This document shows positions 25,221 to 49,069 of a stretch of DNA of 64,000 nt, one piece after another; within the stretch, counting starts at the first letter, position 1; each line of letters begins with the position of its first letter. The position numbers were made by a program, and so were the translations under genes. Source of the stretch: Eledone cirrhosa (lineage: Eukaryota); NCBI GenBank assembly GCA_964016885.1, contig OZ024742.1:151900001-151964000 (forward strand). The letters run 5' to 3'. A model generated the notes under the pieces. That model made no database searches, had not been told where the DNA came from, and saw only the letters and a program-made list of their open reading frames with translations.

Positions 25221-28069
25221 TGGTCTATGTCACTGTAATCAGTCTAAGAAAAGCAACGTCACAGTTTCTATTGGCAGCCACAAGTATACAGAATGGTAAG
25301 CATTTCAAACTACATAAATCATTAGAATGCCTACATATACGCAATGCATAACGAAACATTTACATGTTTCTACTCTAGCAAACGTATGCCCCCCCCCCCA
25401 TTTGTACCTTTCACTCAGAGTCGTCATACATTATCTCCGTCATCCAGCAACGACTTCAGTCCCTGAATTGCCAAACATCCCACATTATTGTCATAAATTC
25501 CATGTGACTCACTTTTGGACTGCTGACTTCCTTGTGGCATAGTTCGCGATTGGAGCTTCACCGCGTCAACATCACACTTTATACTCATTCACCTTTCATA
25601 TGCCATAATATTTTACCGATTTTACATCGAACAACACATACTTCTTATGGTTAAAAATAAATGCTTTTTGGGGGGTTCGTGCTATGTTGTTTTCTCTTTA
25701 AAAAAATTATTTACTAATGGTAGACGGGTATGGCTGCTAGTAACCCATAAAATAGAAAATTGACTAAGATTAGGGCATATGAACCCGTACAACGAAAGAA
25801 ATGGGCATTAGCTTCTAATTCTATTTTCAAAATTTTCAATCGTGCTTTCAATATCCCTTAACATTAACTATATATAGCTGTTTCTTATGAAAGTATAATG
25901 GTAGTTGAACTGGCGAGAGCATGTTTGACTTATTTATATTTTCTGCAGAGTTTATGAAAATTAATAAAAATGAAAATTAAAAATCTTTTTTCGTTATATA
26001 GCTATATTTTCTCACAAACATTAAAATTATATTGTATAAGGTTATTTCAGAAAGAACTTCCAATTTTGAAATGTTAAACTACTGGACTAAAAATTTCTGT
26101 GACATTAATAAAGGCTGACACAAAGACTCTTAGGATAACAATCTACACTTCAAAAATATTTTCTGAGTTAAGGTTGCTAAGTATATCCCTGGTCTACGTT
26201 TCAGTGATATGCACATGAACACATTTGTTCATCTGCATTCCCCGTGATGTGTTTTTATTGAATATGTTACATAATGTAGCACTGAATACATGGTATAGAA
26301 ATATATTGTGACGCCATATACGGTAGTAGGTATATAATTGTGTGCATTGTTGTGGTTCTTGCATTTGGGTAGCCTGATTTAACAGTGTAGTGCAGATTAA
26401 TGTAGTATACTATATAGTAATTGTGTTTGGAGAGATTATAGTACCCCAATACACAGAATGTGGCAGACTAGTAGACCGAGTAAAATATCTGACTTAACAA
26501 ACTGTATTCTTTAATTATGTACATATCCCGCCCACGTGAACTTTGCTTTCATTTTTTATGAAATAAATGTAGACTTTAACTAGAACATAAATATCTAAAC
26601 AAAACCCATGCTAACCACCAACTCAAGCAAACGCAAATAATAATACTACAACTAGCTCTACATACTAAACCATATCACACGAGGTAAAAGCATCCTTCAA
26701 AACCATACCTCAGCCCTCTGATTCAAATAACAACCAGCGTGGATGAATTATTGATATGGGGGCGACGGACGTCATCAAACTGCAGCGGTCGTATTTCACT
26801 CATGCTAAATTAATTGACTGTTACCATTTTGTAAACATTCGTGGTCTTCAGAAGTAAATGTTCCTTTGAATATTAAAATATGAATGTTAATTTATACACC
26901 AATTCTGCATATTATTCCAGAAATCCAATCACCCTTGACATCTCTTAATTGAATCCATTAAAATTCAAAAATGTTCTGAAATGGTTGTCTAAACTGTTAT
27001 TTTATGTAATAGAACTCTGGAAACGAGGATTTGGCAATTGGACTGCAGTTAATACGACCTCGGAAAGCCTTCCTTTTATACCCTCAGACGTCCTCTCTTT
27101 TTGTCAGTTTTCTATTTACAGCTACCTGCAAATTCTGTCCTGTGACGCCTTTTCCCATCAAGCCCACGATCAGATACAACTACTATCCAAAATATCTCTA
27201 TTAATTTTACAACTTATACTTGCCATAGGTGTTTAGATCGTCTATCTGTCACAGCATCGATGTAATAACGTTTGACAAACCGTGTAAATAAATGTCTTTC
27301 GTGTATTTAAAGATTTTGTCTATTAGGTTTCTTTTTAATCTAATTTTGAATATTTTTGTCAAAAGACGGATAATTTTTATCTTGAAGAAAACGTAACATA
27401 GACAGATTTCGTCTGTCTTTTTCAACATTTTATCTCTATTTTTATACAATTATCAGTACTGGAGATCAAGCCGTAGACGGGAAAAAACACAATTAAAATT
27501 AGATACAATTATACTACAATAATACTCTTTATGATATGACAAGAGAGGATCGTGATAGAAAGATAAATATATGAAACATTTTCACAAAATGACTAACATT
27601 TTATGACGAGAGATATAGATAGTAGAACCAGCAGAATCTTGTTAATTTGGTCGCAATATTTGGCTATAAAATATTTATATTCAGTGTTAGAATTTCACTG
27701 ATGTCAATAAGATAAATTCAGATTCTGATGCTTATTTAGTCGTCATGGCTTAACCGCCTCACCAAATCTCTAACTTTGCTGCCATTGTTACGTGTCATTA
27801 ACAAAACGTAGTTAATATCTGGGGAATCTAGAAATTGTATATTTTTAACAAGAGGACACTAAATTTCTTAAAATGGAAGTTTGTGTCGCAAGAGGAGATA
27901 ATTTCCGACCTTTCGAGAAATTCTCCCCTTCACTGCATTTGTTCTCGGAAAAATGGTTCATCTTGCAAACACCAGAATTTACCTCCCTTGGTAGTACACA
28001 CGTTTGTACAATTTACCCACTTATAGATATATATTATAGATATATATTTCAAACTTCAAAATGGTATTT

Positions 28070-28225
28070 TTCTGGCTCTTTATTTTCTGAGTTCAAATCC
28101 CGCCAAATTTAACTTTGCCTTTCAGCTTTCCGACTTCGAAATATAAAGGCCTGTTATGTACTAGGATCAATATAATCGACTTCCTATCCCTCCGATTTGT
28201 TGGGCTTGTGTCAAAATAAAAAAAA
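28070..28225 (+). mobile_element. SINE fragment (Nin-domain-like core)
   Basis: B-box GAGTTCAAATCCCGCC plus ACTTTGCCTTTCA. Confidence 0.75.
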
Positions 28226-28749
28226 ATCAATACGGTTCCAACATCAAAACCAGTTTATTAAATATCGACATATATTTCAAGAATTATATACAATGCCTTA
28301 TTCCAATATTATTGTCTCACATATACACCTATTTGATACACCAGATTATTATTCCCATTAGAATGATAATTAACTAATAGTTTCAAATATTATAATTAAA
28401 ATTTGAAGATATCATATATGCATAGTTATTCTATTCAGCAGTAACATTATACGTTGCCACTGGAAATTGTAAATATATATATTCACAACCTGATTGTTTC
28501 AGAAACTTCTTTCCATAGACAGAACATCTGTCACGATGTTAGATCACGGATGAAATTGAACCTAGAAGTACATGTATGTGTAGGACAGTAAATCCTGGTG
28601 GAATCATTGTGATGTCGTAGTGACATAGGACGTGTCTTGGGCATTTTAAACATCGTAGAACTCATTCCTGTTTCAGATCTGAACACAGAGAAACAGAGAG
28701 TGAAAGAGAGGAAGAGAGTGATAGAGCGAAAGTGAAAAATAGAGATAGA

Positions 28750-28895
28750 GGAAGAATCGACTGTTTTACATGACTGGTATATTTTATCGATCAGAGAATG
28801 AAGAAAGGCGAAGTTGATGTCAGCGGGATTTGAAATCAGGGAGCGCAGAAAACATTGTATTCGACGTTGTAACGACTGCCAATTCATCGTCTGCG
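28750..28895 (-). mobile_element. Older SINE copy (Nin-domain-like core)
   Basis: GACTGGTATATTTTATCGATC..GAAAGGCGAAGTTGA..GCGGGATTTGAA. Confidence 0.75.
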
Positions 28896-29274
28896 AACCT
28901 AGAAATTAATGTTAATATCAGAGAGTTTAATCACAGAACAGAGGCATTGTTCTTGATTCTAAACATTTATAATTATACAGAACAATTTACATGCCTATTT
29001 TCGAATCATTCCCTCGTCGTTTGTGTTGTTCACGTGTTGTTCCAATGGATATTATTGAGTTATGACTAGGATTGATCCTGAAGCATTTTTCAATATTATC
29101 TTATATTCTAACCACTGGCTTGTTAATCCGACAGACAATAATGCTGTCATTGTGAGGTATTCAAGCATAGGATGTAAGTATTTGTTCCTATATGTTTTGG
29201 TATGTCATGTCCAAGCCGACCAACAATTGTTTATGTCTATAGGCAGTGATACACAAAGGTGGTTTGGCAATATA

Positions 29275-29457
29275 AGTAGAGGGCCGGAGGTCATGCTTTT
29301 CAGCATAGAATTACGTCCCTTTACGGTCTGAATTCAAATCCTGCCGAGGTTAACTTTGCCTTTCATCCTTACGGGATAGATAAAAAAAAGTACCAGTAAT
29401 GGACTGGATAATTGCTGGCCTTGTGCACACAAAAAAAATAGAAACAATTATTATTAT
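29275..29457 (+). mobile_element. tRNA-derived SINE (Nin-domain-like core)
   Basis: B-box, core and (TTA)n tail. Confidence 0.87.
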
Positions 29458-29569
29458 TTTTATAATTGTGTTTTTAAATGGTTACATTTCGGCCTTATTA
29501 TATCTATTTACTTGGCTGTAACTCTATATTAAAGATATATCACTACTAAGCTTCCATTCAACAGTTAGT

Positions 29570-29890
29570 TATATGTAACATTGTCGAATTGTTAAGAAAA
29601 TCGCTTTGCAAATTTTAGGTCCCGCGTTTAATTCTAAAGTGCAGCATTTTGGGTAAGGGTCATTTTTTATAGTCTTAGTCTCGGGTCGATTTATGCCTTC
29701 TGAGGGAAATTAGGTTGACGGGAAATGGTTGAGAGTCTGTCGGATGGTCTGTACCTGTAAATCAAAGGGTCGGCCATGTTACCCACCGTATCCCTGGGAA
29801 TTACGTTAAAGCTCCACTTTAATTTCATGAGTTGGATATTCTGTTTATCGTACAACTGGACCGATCATCCTCGAAATCGACGGAGATCCA
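29570..29890 (+). mobile_element. Degenerate SINE of a second family
   Basis: Weak tRNA-like head, TTGGGTAAGGGTCATTTTTTATAG body and GTACCTGTAAATCAAAGGG..CCCTGGGAATTACGTTAA 3' part shared with 55830-56030. Confidence 0.55.
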
Positions 29891-30342
29891 TTTCATTTTA
29901 TTTTACAATTAGAACAGCATAGGCGAGGAATATATGGAAACGAACCAGATATAATACCTATTTAACAGAAATACAGGTAATTATATCGACGTTTTCAATC
30001 TCTATTCAACTACATATGATACGTCTAGCCTACATAAACAAATTTCTTCTACTATACATTTTTATATAATCAAGCCAAAGGAAATACACGGACGTGATAA
30101 CAGCTAGGTTGGAATCAAATTCCCTCAACTGTAAGCTTCAAATACTTTCACTTTGTATTTCAATATCAAACTTCTTGGAGAGAAAATTTAGTTATATATT
30201 ATGATACAAAATCTGAAGTGTTCCCTATGGTGTAAATAAAGATAATTACTGAAATTCGAATGAAAATGAAATACAGCATCAATATAAATCTAGTTGGATA
30301 TATCAAGTGTAAAGGTGTTTACTTTGCCATGATATATCCAAA

Positions 30343-30500
30343 TGTGGCAAATATGTAGAATCGTTAGAACGTCAGATAGAATGCTTTGAGGCATTCTCTC
30401 CAACTCTCTCTGTTTTCTGAGTTTAAATCATGTCGAAGTAAAATTTACCTTTCCTCCATTCGAGGTCGATAAAAAAGTACCATTCTAGCACTGGGGTTTA
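30343..30500 (+). mobile_element. Older SINE copy (Nin-domain-like core)
   Basis: GAATCGTTAGAACGTC..GAGTTTAAATC..CGAGGTCGATAAAAAAGTACC. Confidence 0.75.
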
Positions 30501-31262
30501 TTCTTCTATATTTCTCTCTCTCACTTTCTCTCTTTATCACTGGTTGAATTCAGCTGTATTCTGACCTGGTGAGGTAATGGGCCCCAGCAGGTTTACAGTA
30601 CCAAGGACATGCCTTATATCACGACGTTTCTAGGATTCTAACAAGAATTGCAACTCTATACATATAATTAAATATGATATTTACTTCAGAACTACTTAAT
30701 AGTTGAAAAACATTGAAAGTGTTAAATATCTAAGCGCTAAAATACTAATGACTCAGCTAGACTAAGTTGTCAGCTAGAAGCTATGTTTAAGACACTATTA
30801 CAGTCTGTTTCATTTCAATGTCTACAGAAGCAGCTGCTTGGCTTGGTGCACACATAAATCAAATTCGTATTCTATAAGAACGTTTGTAATTTACAATCTA
30901 GTAAATATATGATATGGCAGAAATAGTGACGACAAGGTGTTAGCATGTCTGCATTCTAATTCTAACCACGCTAAAAATAACGAGTGTATTATAAAATGTA
31001 CATAATATTAAAGACATGTGAAAATAATTAATATTTCATTAACAGAAAACAAACAAACACAAACAGCCACCCAAGAAGAAGATACAGATGACCAACCTAC
31101 CCCAGTACTGGTACTTTCTTTTCAATTCGATAGGATGAAATACAAAGTTGACCCCGATGGAATCTGAAATCAGAGAATCACAGAATCAGAATGAATAAAG
31201 CAAAGCCTTCTATCCGAATAATATAAATAAATAAATAAATAAATAAATAAAATGATAATAAT

Positions 31263-31592
31263 AAAGATCTCCTTTCGGTTATGAATGATCATGGGTTTTA
31301 CATCTCCAAAGCTCTCTTCTGAGACACAAACCCGGGCAAGGTGTATTTGTAGAATACCATCGGTTACCTATACATATAATTCTTCCTGCCTCATGCCACC
31401 ATTGTTGTCGAAGGGAAAGGCCCATACGGCTTGGCACCGGAGATGTCGCAACTCATTTCTACTGCTGGGTAAACTACAGGATTTAGAAATAAAGTGTCTT
31501 GTTCAAGGTCACATCGTATTGCCCGGTCCGGGAATTGAACTCACAACGTTACGACTGTGAATCAAAAGCTCTATCCAATAAGCCATCACGTT
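31263..31592 (-). mobile_element. tRNA-derived SINE of another family
   Basis: Minus strand: TGGCTTATTGG (A-box), GAGTTCAATTCCC (B-box), CCTTGAACAAGACACTTTATT body, then a (TTA)/(TTTA)n tail. Confidence 0.8.
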
Positions 31593-31595
31593 CAT

Positions 31596-32561
31596 AATAA
31601 TAATGGTTTCTGATATAGGCACAAGGCCAGAAATTTTGGGGGAGGGGGAAAGTTGAACAAATCGACCACTGTGCGTGACTGGTACTTTATTTTATCGACC
31701 CCGTTAGGATAACAGGCAAAGCTAACCTCGACAGGATTTGAACTCAAAATGTAAAGGGTCCTAACTCTATGCCACGAAGCATGGTCTCTGACGCTCTAAG
31801 ATACTGCCAATCCACCGCCTATTTTACGTTCATAATAATAATAATTGTTTTTACTTTAGGAAAAAGGCCAGCAATTTGCAGGGGAGGGGAAAGTAGATTG
31901 AATCGACCCTACTGTGTACTGTCAATCTGTCGCCCTAATAATAATTGTTTCTACTTTTGGCACAAGGCCAGCAGTTACACCAGTGCATTACTGGTGCTTT
32001 ACTTCATCAACCCCGTAAGGATGAAAGGCAAAGTTAACCTCGCCGGATTTGACTTCAGAATATAAAGGGACATAACTCTATGCTGCAAAGCATGGTGTCT
32101 GACGCTCTACCGCGCTAATAATAATGATTTCTAGTATAGGCACAAGGCCAGTAATTTAGGGGGAGAGGATTGTCGATTAAATCGACCCCAGTACGTTACT
32201 GGTGCTTTATTTTATCGACACCGTAAGGATGAAAGGCAAAGTTAACATTGGTGGGATTTGAACTCAGACCGTAAGGGGCCGTAACTCTATGCTGCAAAGC
32301 ATGGTGTCTGACGTTCTACCGCCCTAATAATAATTGTTTCTACTATTGGCACAAGGCCTGCAATTATCACAGTGCATTACGGGTACTTTATTTTATCGAT
32401 CCCGTAAGGATGAAAGGCAAAGTTAACCTCGGCGGGATTTGAACTCAGATCATAAAGGGCCGTAACTCTTTGCTGCAAAGCATGGCGTCCGACTCTCTAC
32501 CGATAATAATTGTTTCTACTATTGGCACGAGGCCAGCAATTATCAGTACATTACTGGTACT
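31596..32561 (-). mobile_element. Head-to-tail array of six Nin-core SINE copies
   Basis: Units start at (TAA)n tails near 31596, 31832, 31936, 32116, 32325 and 32503. Confidence 0.92.
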
Positions 32562-32896
32562 TAAATAAATAGGAAGGTAAATTACTATATTGTCCACAAG
32601 TACGTTACAGTATGCTGCACAGAAAATATGCTAAAACAACGTAGTGTCGTATATGTAAGTAAAAGATGTAGGAGCAAATAGGTAGATCTAAATGTTTTTA
32701 ATTTAGGCTATTTACTGGATGTTCAAAGTCTATTATGTCTACCCCGGTTTTGGGATGGTACATTACTTTATCAACAACGGAAGGATGAAATTCAAATGTT
32801 GCCTCGGCTGGATTGGAACGCTGATCTTAAAAAAAGCTGTAACTAAATGTGGTAAAAATTTTATCCGACGCTCTAACAAATTCGTCAGTCCACTGC

Positions 32897-33071
32897 CAGA
32901 CCTGCCAACCTCTAAAAACCCAAACGGGGAGTACCATGAAAAAAAGTGCCTCAAAATTGGGAGATTTTACATATTGAAAGCTATACCCAGTTTCACTAGT
33001 GAAGACATCTCTCACCCACCCCAAAGTGGGTGAGAGATATCCCCGTCGGATGGGGAGAGTTGACAGGTCAG
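32897..33071. mobile_element. 175-bp MITE with 13-bp imperfect TIRs, possibly hAT-related
   Basis: CAGACCTGCCAAC ... GTTGACAGGTCAG; flanks CACTGC and CACTGT; inserted at the 5' end of a minus-strand SINE (32735-32896). Confidence 0.75.
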
Positions 33072-35257
33072 CACTGTCCTTGGTCAGATACTCGAGTTAT
33101 AAGACAGCATGAACATATACATGGAATACGTTAACTGAACAGATTAAAAAGGTGAAAGAATTGATAGAGGAGAGTAGAATCAAAGAAGATTGAAATCATG
33201 CGAGGCAGATTTATTTCAGTTGATGACAAGGTATTTCTTTACGTGATTTTTAGTCTTGACTCTATTTCTCTTCTCTTAGTCTCTTCACCCATAACTAGCA
33301 GTGGATGCGGAGGGGACCTTTATTGACATTCCTTCCAGCGAAGGATAGAGTGTGAGAAAGAGATATAAAGTAAGAATCGACTCTAATACAAGACTGGTAC
33401 TTTTTTTATCGATCTCGAAAGGATGAGAGCCAGAACAAATACCGCAAATTCTATTCGACGTTGCAACATATCTGCCAATTCGCTGCCTATGCTACTTTTC
33501 TTACACATGTCTAAAAATTGAGGGAAACCATGAAAAATAATTCTATTAATTGAACATTTATTGATTAAAAAATCCACCCGATAGTGTGTATGGATCATTT
33601 AAATATTATTGTTACAAATAATTCATCAATAGTTTTGCAACCATTGCTTCATCGGTTCATATAACATATATACCTCCTTATCAGTAGTACGCTACGTCCA
33701 TATATATAAGTATTGTTTTGTACAGATATAACTAAAGTTAACAAGCACGCACATACATACACTAACAAGCGAAAATATTGCAAGTGAAATTTGTTTCAAC
33801 GCTATATATCCTAAAGTCAAACGCTTTTGAAGTTAAACAAGTGTATCAGCGCTAGTCTTATCGGGTGGAAGTGAACATAGAAAACAATAGGGATACCCGA
33901 CTTTTGGTATTTATCAAATGTTACTATTAATGTAGCAATGCATTCAGTTCACTTCTACAGTTGAGATTTCTCCGCGAGCTTTTTATGAAACACACCTCGG
34001 CTTATCGCCAATCCTGTAAGCGAATAGAAAGCTAGTTATATATTTGATTATGTGCTTAAAGTATAATTTGATTAATGGTGGAATATAGATTATATTATAC
34101 ATCATATCTTTTTAAAAAGAAAATAGGTTGCGATTAAGGGGTGATGTGGCTGTTACTTTTTGCAAATCGAACGAAGTTACAGAGGCTCCGTCGTTAGCTC
34201 ATTTAGCAGGATACATTTAGAATATATTACAATTTAGAATGTATTACAATTGAAGTGGAATTGCTTTAGCTGGGAACCGAAACTGTACCGTCAAGTTAAT
34301 ATGTCAGAGTGTTACATCTTAATTATTGCCTAGATATAATATGCAGATTTGTGGAGAGAATCTCAATCGTCTCTTTATAATACTGCCGATTAACAAACAT
34401 CATTGTTTCCCGGAAAATTCGAGAAAAGAGGCATTGTATTTGAATAACTAAGTCGCCAGTAACCCTGATACTAGGTTTTCGATTTCCCTGGAAATTGCCT
34501 ATAATAAAGATATTTCAATACACACTTGACCGTTAATGAATATTTCCCATGCGTCTCTTCTCTCATTTCAAAGACATTTTTGTTAAGAAGAGAATAATCA
34601 ATTACATAATAGCAGCACAAATTGGAGAAAGGGTATTTGTATTATTTATTTTTTTATTCTTCTTACCAATATGTTACTAATTAATATCAATTGTAAAATA
34701 TTCGAAATTATTTGATATTGTTAGACAAGAAACTTTTCTTTGTAAATTTTAATTAAATGAATACTGAAAAAATAACACAACTTGGTAGAGGTTTTATATC
34801 TACTTATATAGAATTGTTTTGTTCATTTCTTGAGTTTATTTTCTCTCAGTCCAGAATTCGTTGAGATCAAATACGTGAAATTATTTTTCCTTTTGCAAAG
34901 TCTTGCCTTATTGTTAGAATGTGTCAACAAATGTCCGCAATAATCAATAGGGAGGACATCAAACGTTATCGTAAAGTCAATCAAACTCATTAAACTAAAT
35001 AGAAGCTTCAGTTATGTCCTTTCTCCTAATATTTCAAATCAATTATATTGAATTTATATTTTGCAAGACAAGAGTCGAAAGCAACATTTATTTTGCTCCC
35101 AGTCATTATTATACTGTTTTTACGTCTACTCATGTATGTTACTGTATATCAATAGAGTGCTTAATTTAGCACAGTTCTGACAGATTCGATGAGGAGGATT
35201 AATAAGACGGAAAAATGCCAGACTAAGATAAAAGAAAAATTAGGTGTTACGAATTTT

Positions 35258-35442
35258 TGGCAGTATCGGTAGCGGGTCGGACGCCATGCTTTGCAGCAAA
35301 GAGTTACGGTCCTTTATCGTTTGAGTTCAAATCCCACCAAGGTTAACTTTACCTTTCATCCTTACGGGGTCGATAAAATAAAGTACCAGTAATACACTGG
35401 GATAACTGCTTGCCTTGTGCCAAAAGTAGAAACAATTAATAA
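35258..35442 (+). mobile_element. tRNA-derived SINE (Nin-domain-like core)
   Basis: TGGCAGTATCGG, GAGTTCAAATCC, core and tail. Confidence 0.9.
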
Positions 35443-35711
35443 TTTATATTGTCGATCTCACATTCATAACATAGCATAACAAATACATCCGCATGTCTTA
35501 CCAGGAAACACTTCATGATATATTGTGACTCTATAAAATTCAACTGGGATCTATCGTGGGATACTATTCTATATCTGCGGAGGCACAACTGCTATACACA
35601 AAGCGTCCTAGACGGTAAAAACAAGACGACTGATTCATGAGAACTCGCTCATCAACACAGTCCAAAGTATAACTCCTAAAAACAATGTCTTCACTCTCTC
35701 CCCTCTAGCAC

Positions 35712-35930
35712 AATTATAATGATTTCTTAGACTGGCACAAAACCAACACATTTATGGGAAGGTACAAATCGATTAAATTGACACCAGTACCTGGCTAGCA
35801 GTTTATTTTATCGACCCTGAAAAAGATAGAAAGAAAAGTTGACCTAGGTGGTATTTGGACTCAAAATGTATAGGCTAGGAAGAAATACGTCAAAGCCGAC
35901 CTTCTAACAATGTTGCTAAGCCGCCACCCT
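35712..35930 (-). mobile_element. Older SINE copy (Nin-domain-like core)
   Basis: TTTATTTTATCGACCCTGAA..AAAGTTGACCT..GGTATTTGGACTC. Confidence 0.75.
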
Positions 35931-36514
35931 TTTAGCTCTACTAAAATAGTGAAAAATATTTAGGTCTAGCTAGAAGTATGTTACCCTCACCAAAATATTC
36001 CACCTCATCTTCCTAATCTGCTTATATCCAACCAAAAGCCGCAATAAATAATAAATCAAATGTTCGTCTCTAGAACAGCAATACTGGAATTTCCTTTTTG
36101 TTTTCATTTTAACACAGTTCTTCGATTGGAATTCAAACATTTAAAAGTAGAGTTGATATGGATTCTTCCTGAGAGACGTCGTAAACACGAACCATTCAAT
36201 AGTACCCCCTACCAAGTAATTTACATTTACTGGAATAATTAACAAAACAGCCACTTCAGGGAAACAAAATTCTTTGAGTTAAAGAAACAAAGAAAAATAA
36301 GACTTCTGAAGATCCGGAAAATTTTTGAAAGAGTAAAGCGGAATAAAATCTAGTGATGTCTGCTAATGATTATACTTAATTATGGAGATTATATAATTTT
36401 ATTATGTTGGTGTCTGACTCTTCACATATTTATAGCAGAGCAAAATGACATTGTGTAGTCTTCTTAGATTTTCCAGATTTCTTGCAAAGATTATTGTTTT
36501 TAAATTTCGGATAA

Positions 36515-36733
36515 ATATATATATATGTATATATATATATATAGTGTGTATGTGTATATATATATATGTGTGTATGTATATATGTGTATGTATATATGTG
36601 TATGTATATATATATATGTGTGTGTATGTATATATATGTGTATGTATAAATGTGTGTATGCATATATGTGTGTGTGTATGTATATATGTGTGTGTGTGTA
36701 TGTATATATATGCGTGTGTGTGTGTACGTGTGC
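36515..36733. repeat. (TA)/(TG) mixed microsatellite
   Basis: Direct reading. Confidence 0.93.
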
Positions 36734-37046
36734 TTACTTACAGTTATGTATAAGCAGTGCTAGGGTTAGAAATAAAATTGATTTTATTTTTAATATTCAG
36801 CAAAGCCAGCCGTAACTCGCTCGGTATGCAAATGAGGCTATTAAACCGATGTATTTTTAAGAAAATACTATATATTTTCAATCGTTCAACAGACTGGCAG
36901 ATGTATACATCCTGATGAAGGGTAATGAGCCAGAAACATAATGTTTATTCCTCAAAGCCAGTGTTCAACAAACAGGTAACGATCGGTCAGTGGCAAGGCA
37001 CAACTTCAAATCGGGTCGTTTCTTTAGAAAGAAATGGAACATTATT

Positions 37047-37180
37047 GGCAGTATCAGTAGAGGGTCGGACGACATGCTTTGACGCATAGAGTTACGGCCA
37101 TTGCCATTCTGAATTCAAATCCCGCTGAGGTTAACTTTGCCTTTCATCCTTATGGGGTCGATAACATAAAGTACGAGTAT
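37047..37180 (+). mobile_element. SINE truncated at its 3' end by the giant microsatellite
   Basis: Head and core present; tail replaced by TGAA(TA)n. Confidence 0.87.
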
Positions 37181-46975
<9,795 letters not shown>

Positions 46976-49069
46976 TTATTAAAATAACAGATTAAAGTTT
47001 AAGCAAAGAATCGCTGCTTTCACCCTTAACGGGATCTTCTGAAACTAACAAAGTCAATGTGTAAACGCAGAACTGGATATTTCAAAAAATGTTGCAACCG
47101 GAGGAAGACAGGAAGACGATACTTTGGTTCGTAGTAACGTTCGCTGGCAAAGAACGGGAAAAAACGAATAATACGTCATTAATAGGAGCGGTGAAAAACA
47201 ATTACGCGCAAAGACAGAACCACGTTTATGGTATAAAAGAGGTCGTTGACTAATGTTATCTTAGGTGGTGCATAGAGACGTTCTCTGGTAATAAACGAAA
47301 AAAACGAAGATAATACGTCATATGTGGACCGTGGAGCGTGGAGAACAACAGCACGCAAAGACAAAACCACGTAAATGGTATAGCAGAAGTCGTAGACTAA
47401 ATTCTAACTAGGAGACCGAATGAATCTCCGCTACGGAGTTAAGAACAAAGTAAATAAATACAATACAGAAGTAATAGAAATAAATATATACATACACGCA
47501 AACAAATACGTACATACACAAGCATACGCAAAAACTTAAAATAGGAAACAAAACCACGCACATATAAATATGTGTGTGTGTAAGCGTGTATACAAATAAA
47601 TAAATAATTATATAAACATATAAATAAATAAATACGTATATAACAAGCGCACACACATACCTACATGTAAATACACGAATGTTCGGAGACGTAAGTCAAC
47701 CAAAACATGAAGTACACATATACACACGCCCTACATACGTACGAACCTGCATACTCACACAGACGCAAAACTCCCGTATACACATAGCCGAACCATATGT
47801 ACCAGAATATATAAAATAATTACACACCATAACAATCAAATATACGTACGAGAACGTATACGTACCTTCACAAAACATACGGATAATATATACTTACCTA
47901 TGCAAATAAGTAAAGGTATAAACAAAACATATACTTAGCTCCCACATCGAGACGTAAAATATCCACGTATAGATCGTACTATCCGTTAGGGTATAACGTG
48001 GGGCTGTAATACAGGAAAGTTTTGTGCAATTTATGTTTACAAGCCTAAATTGCCTCACATTTTTTCTTTAAGATGTGGTCTGTGGCGTAGAGTATTTCCA
48101 GGGCCAATAAAGTGGTAGAAGGAACAAGGTGGTAAAGGAACAAAATCACAAAAAAAAAGTGTCAAACTTTCCATTGGTCAGTTCTGAGAGCATTCCTCAG
48201 TCAGAAGTCTATAGAATTATTTCTGGGGTTCGGCTCCATGTAGTGTTTGTGTTTGCTATTGTTAAGTACATTTGACCTCTACCATTATTTCGGTAGTGTT
48301 GTTGGTGTTGTGGTCAGCTTATGTCTTGCTGCTGCTGACAATTTAGAAGTATTTGTGTGTGTTTTTTCTTCATCCCTCCTGCCACCATCTCTCATAGTGG
48401 TGGTGGTGGTGGTGGTTGGGGGGGGGGGGGCTTCTTCCATGAAGAAATATAAGGCAATAAATGATGAAAACAGAAAATAAATAATAAATAGAGAATAAAG
48501 AATGATGAATAAATGAAAAAAATGGTGAAATAGTAATGAAAATGAATATGGAGAAGTGAAAAATAAAATGAAGATTCAAATAAAGTAGGATAAAGTGTAT
48601 GTGTGCTATAACCAATCTCATGGTCAGAAATATGTTGGATAGATTGCTATGAGGAACAAGATGGTAAAATAAGATAATAAAAAAAATGCGTTTGTATTAT
48701 AATCAATCCCAACTTAAACATAAATATAAGGTGATACAGTGAAGAGAGCAGAAAACAAATAACAAATTAATAAAGAGAAATCAAGATTCAAAATTGGAAC
48801 TTGAAAATCAGAAATCAAGTAAATTAAAATGTGATTGTGTTATATAGATGTTGGCCAAATTATAATGGCTGTGTCCGATTCAATCTCTAGGCTATCATGG
48901 TGTCTGCTCGGCCTGGGTTGTTCCCTATGCCTTGAGGGGAGTTCACAACCCACGGTGTTGTTACTGCCCATATAGCTTGAGGGAGGTCAGGCCGAGAGGT
49001 GTTTACATGTTCTGTAGGAGTCCCTATAGCTTGAGGGGATTTCTCATCTTCTTGTGTTGCTACTGTCCA

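Larger units (their letters stand above)
19050..25740 (+). mobile_element. Decayed autonomous-type Helitron
   Basis: 5' A|TCTATATCTATAAAAATG at 19050; 3' GACGGGTATGGCTGCTAG|T at 25740; RepHel coding region inside. The 3' subterminal hairpin is incomplete. Confidence 0.8.

Noticed and set aside
28490-28680. Minus-strand exon after a strong polypyrimidine/AG acceptor
   Set aside because: Stops in all three frames; the pyrimidine tract is a CT-rich repeat beside a SINE.
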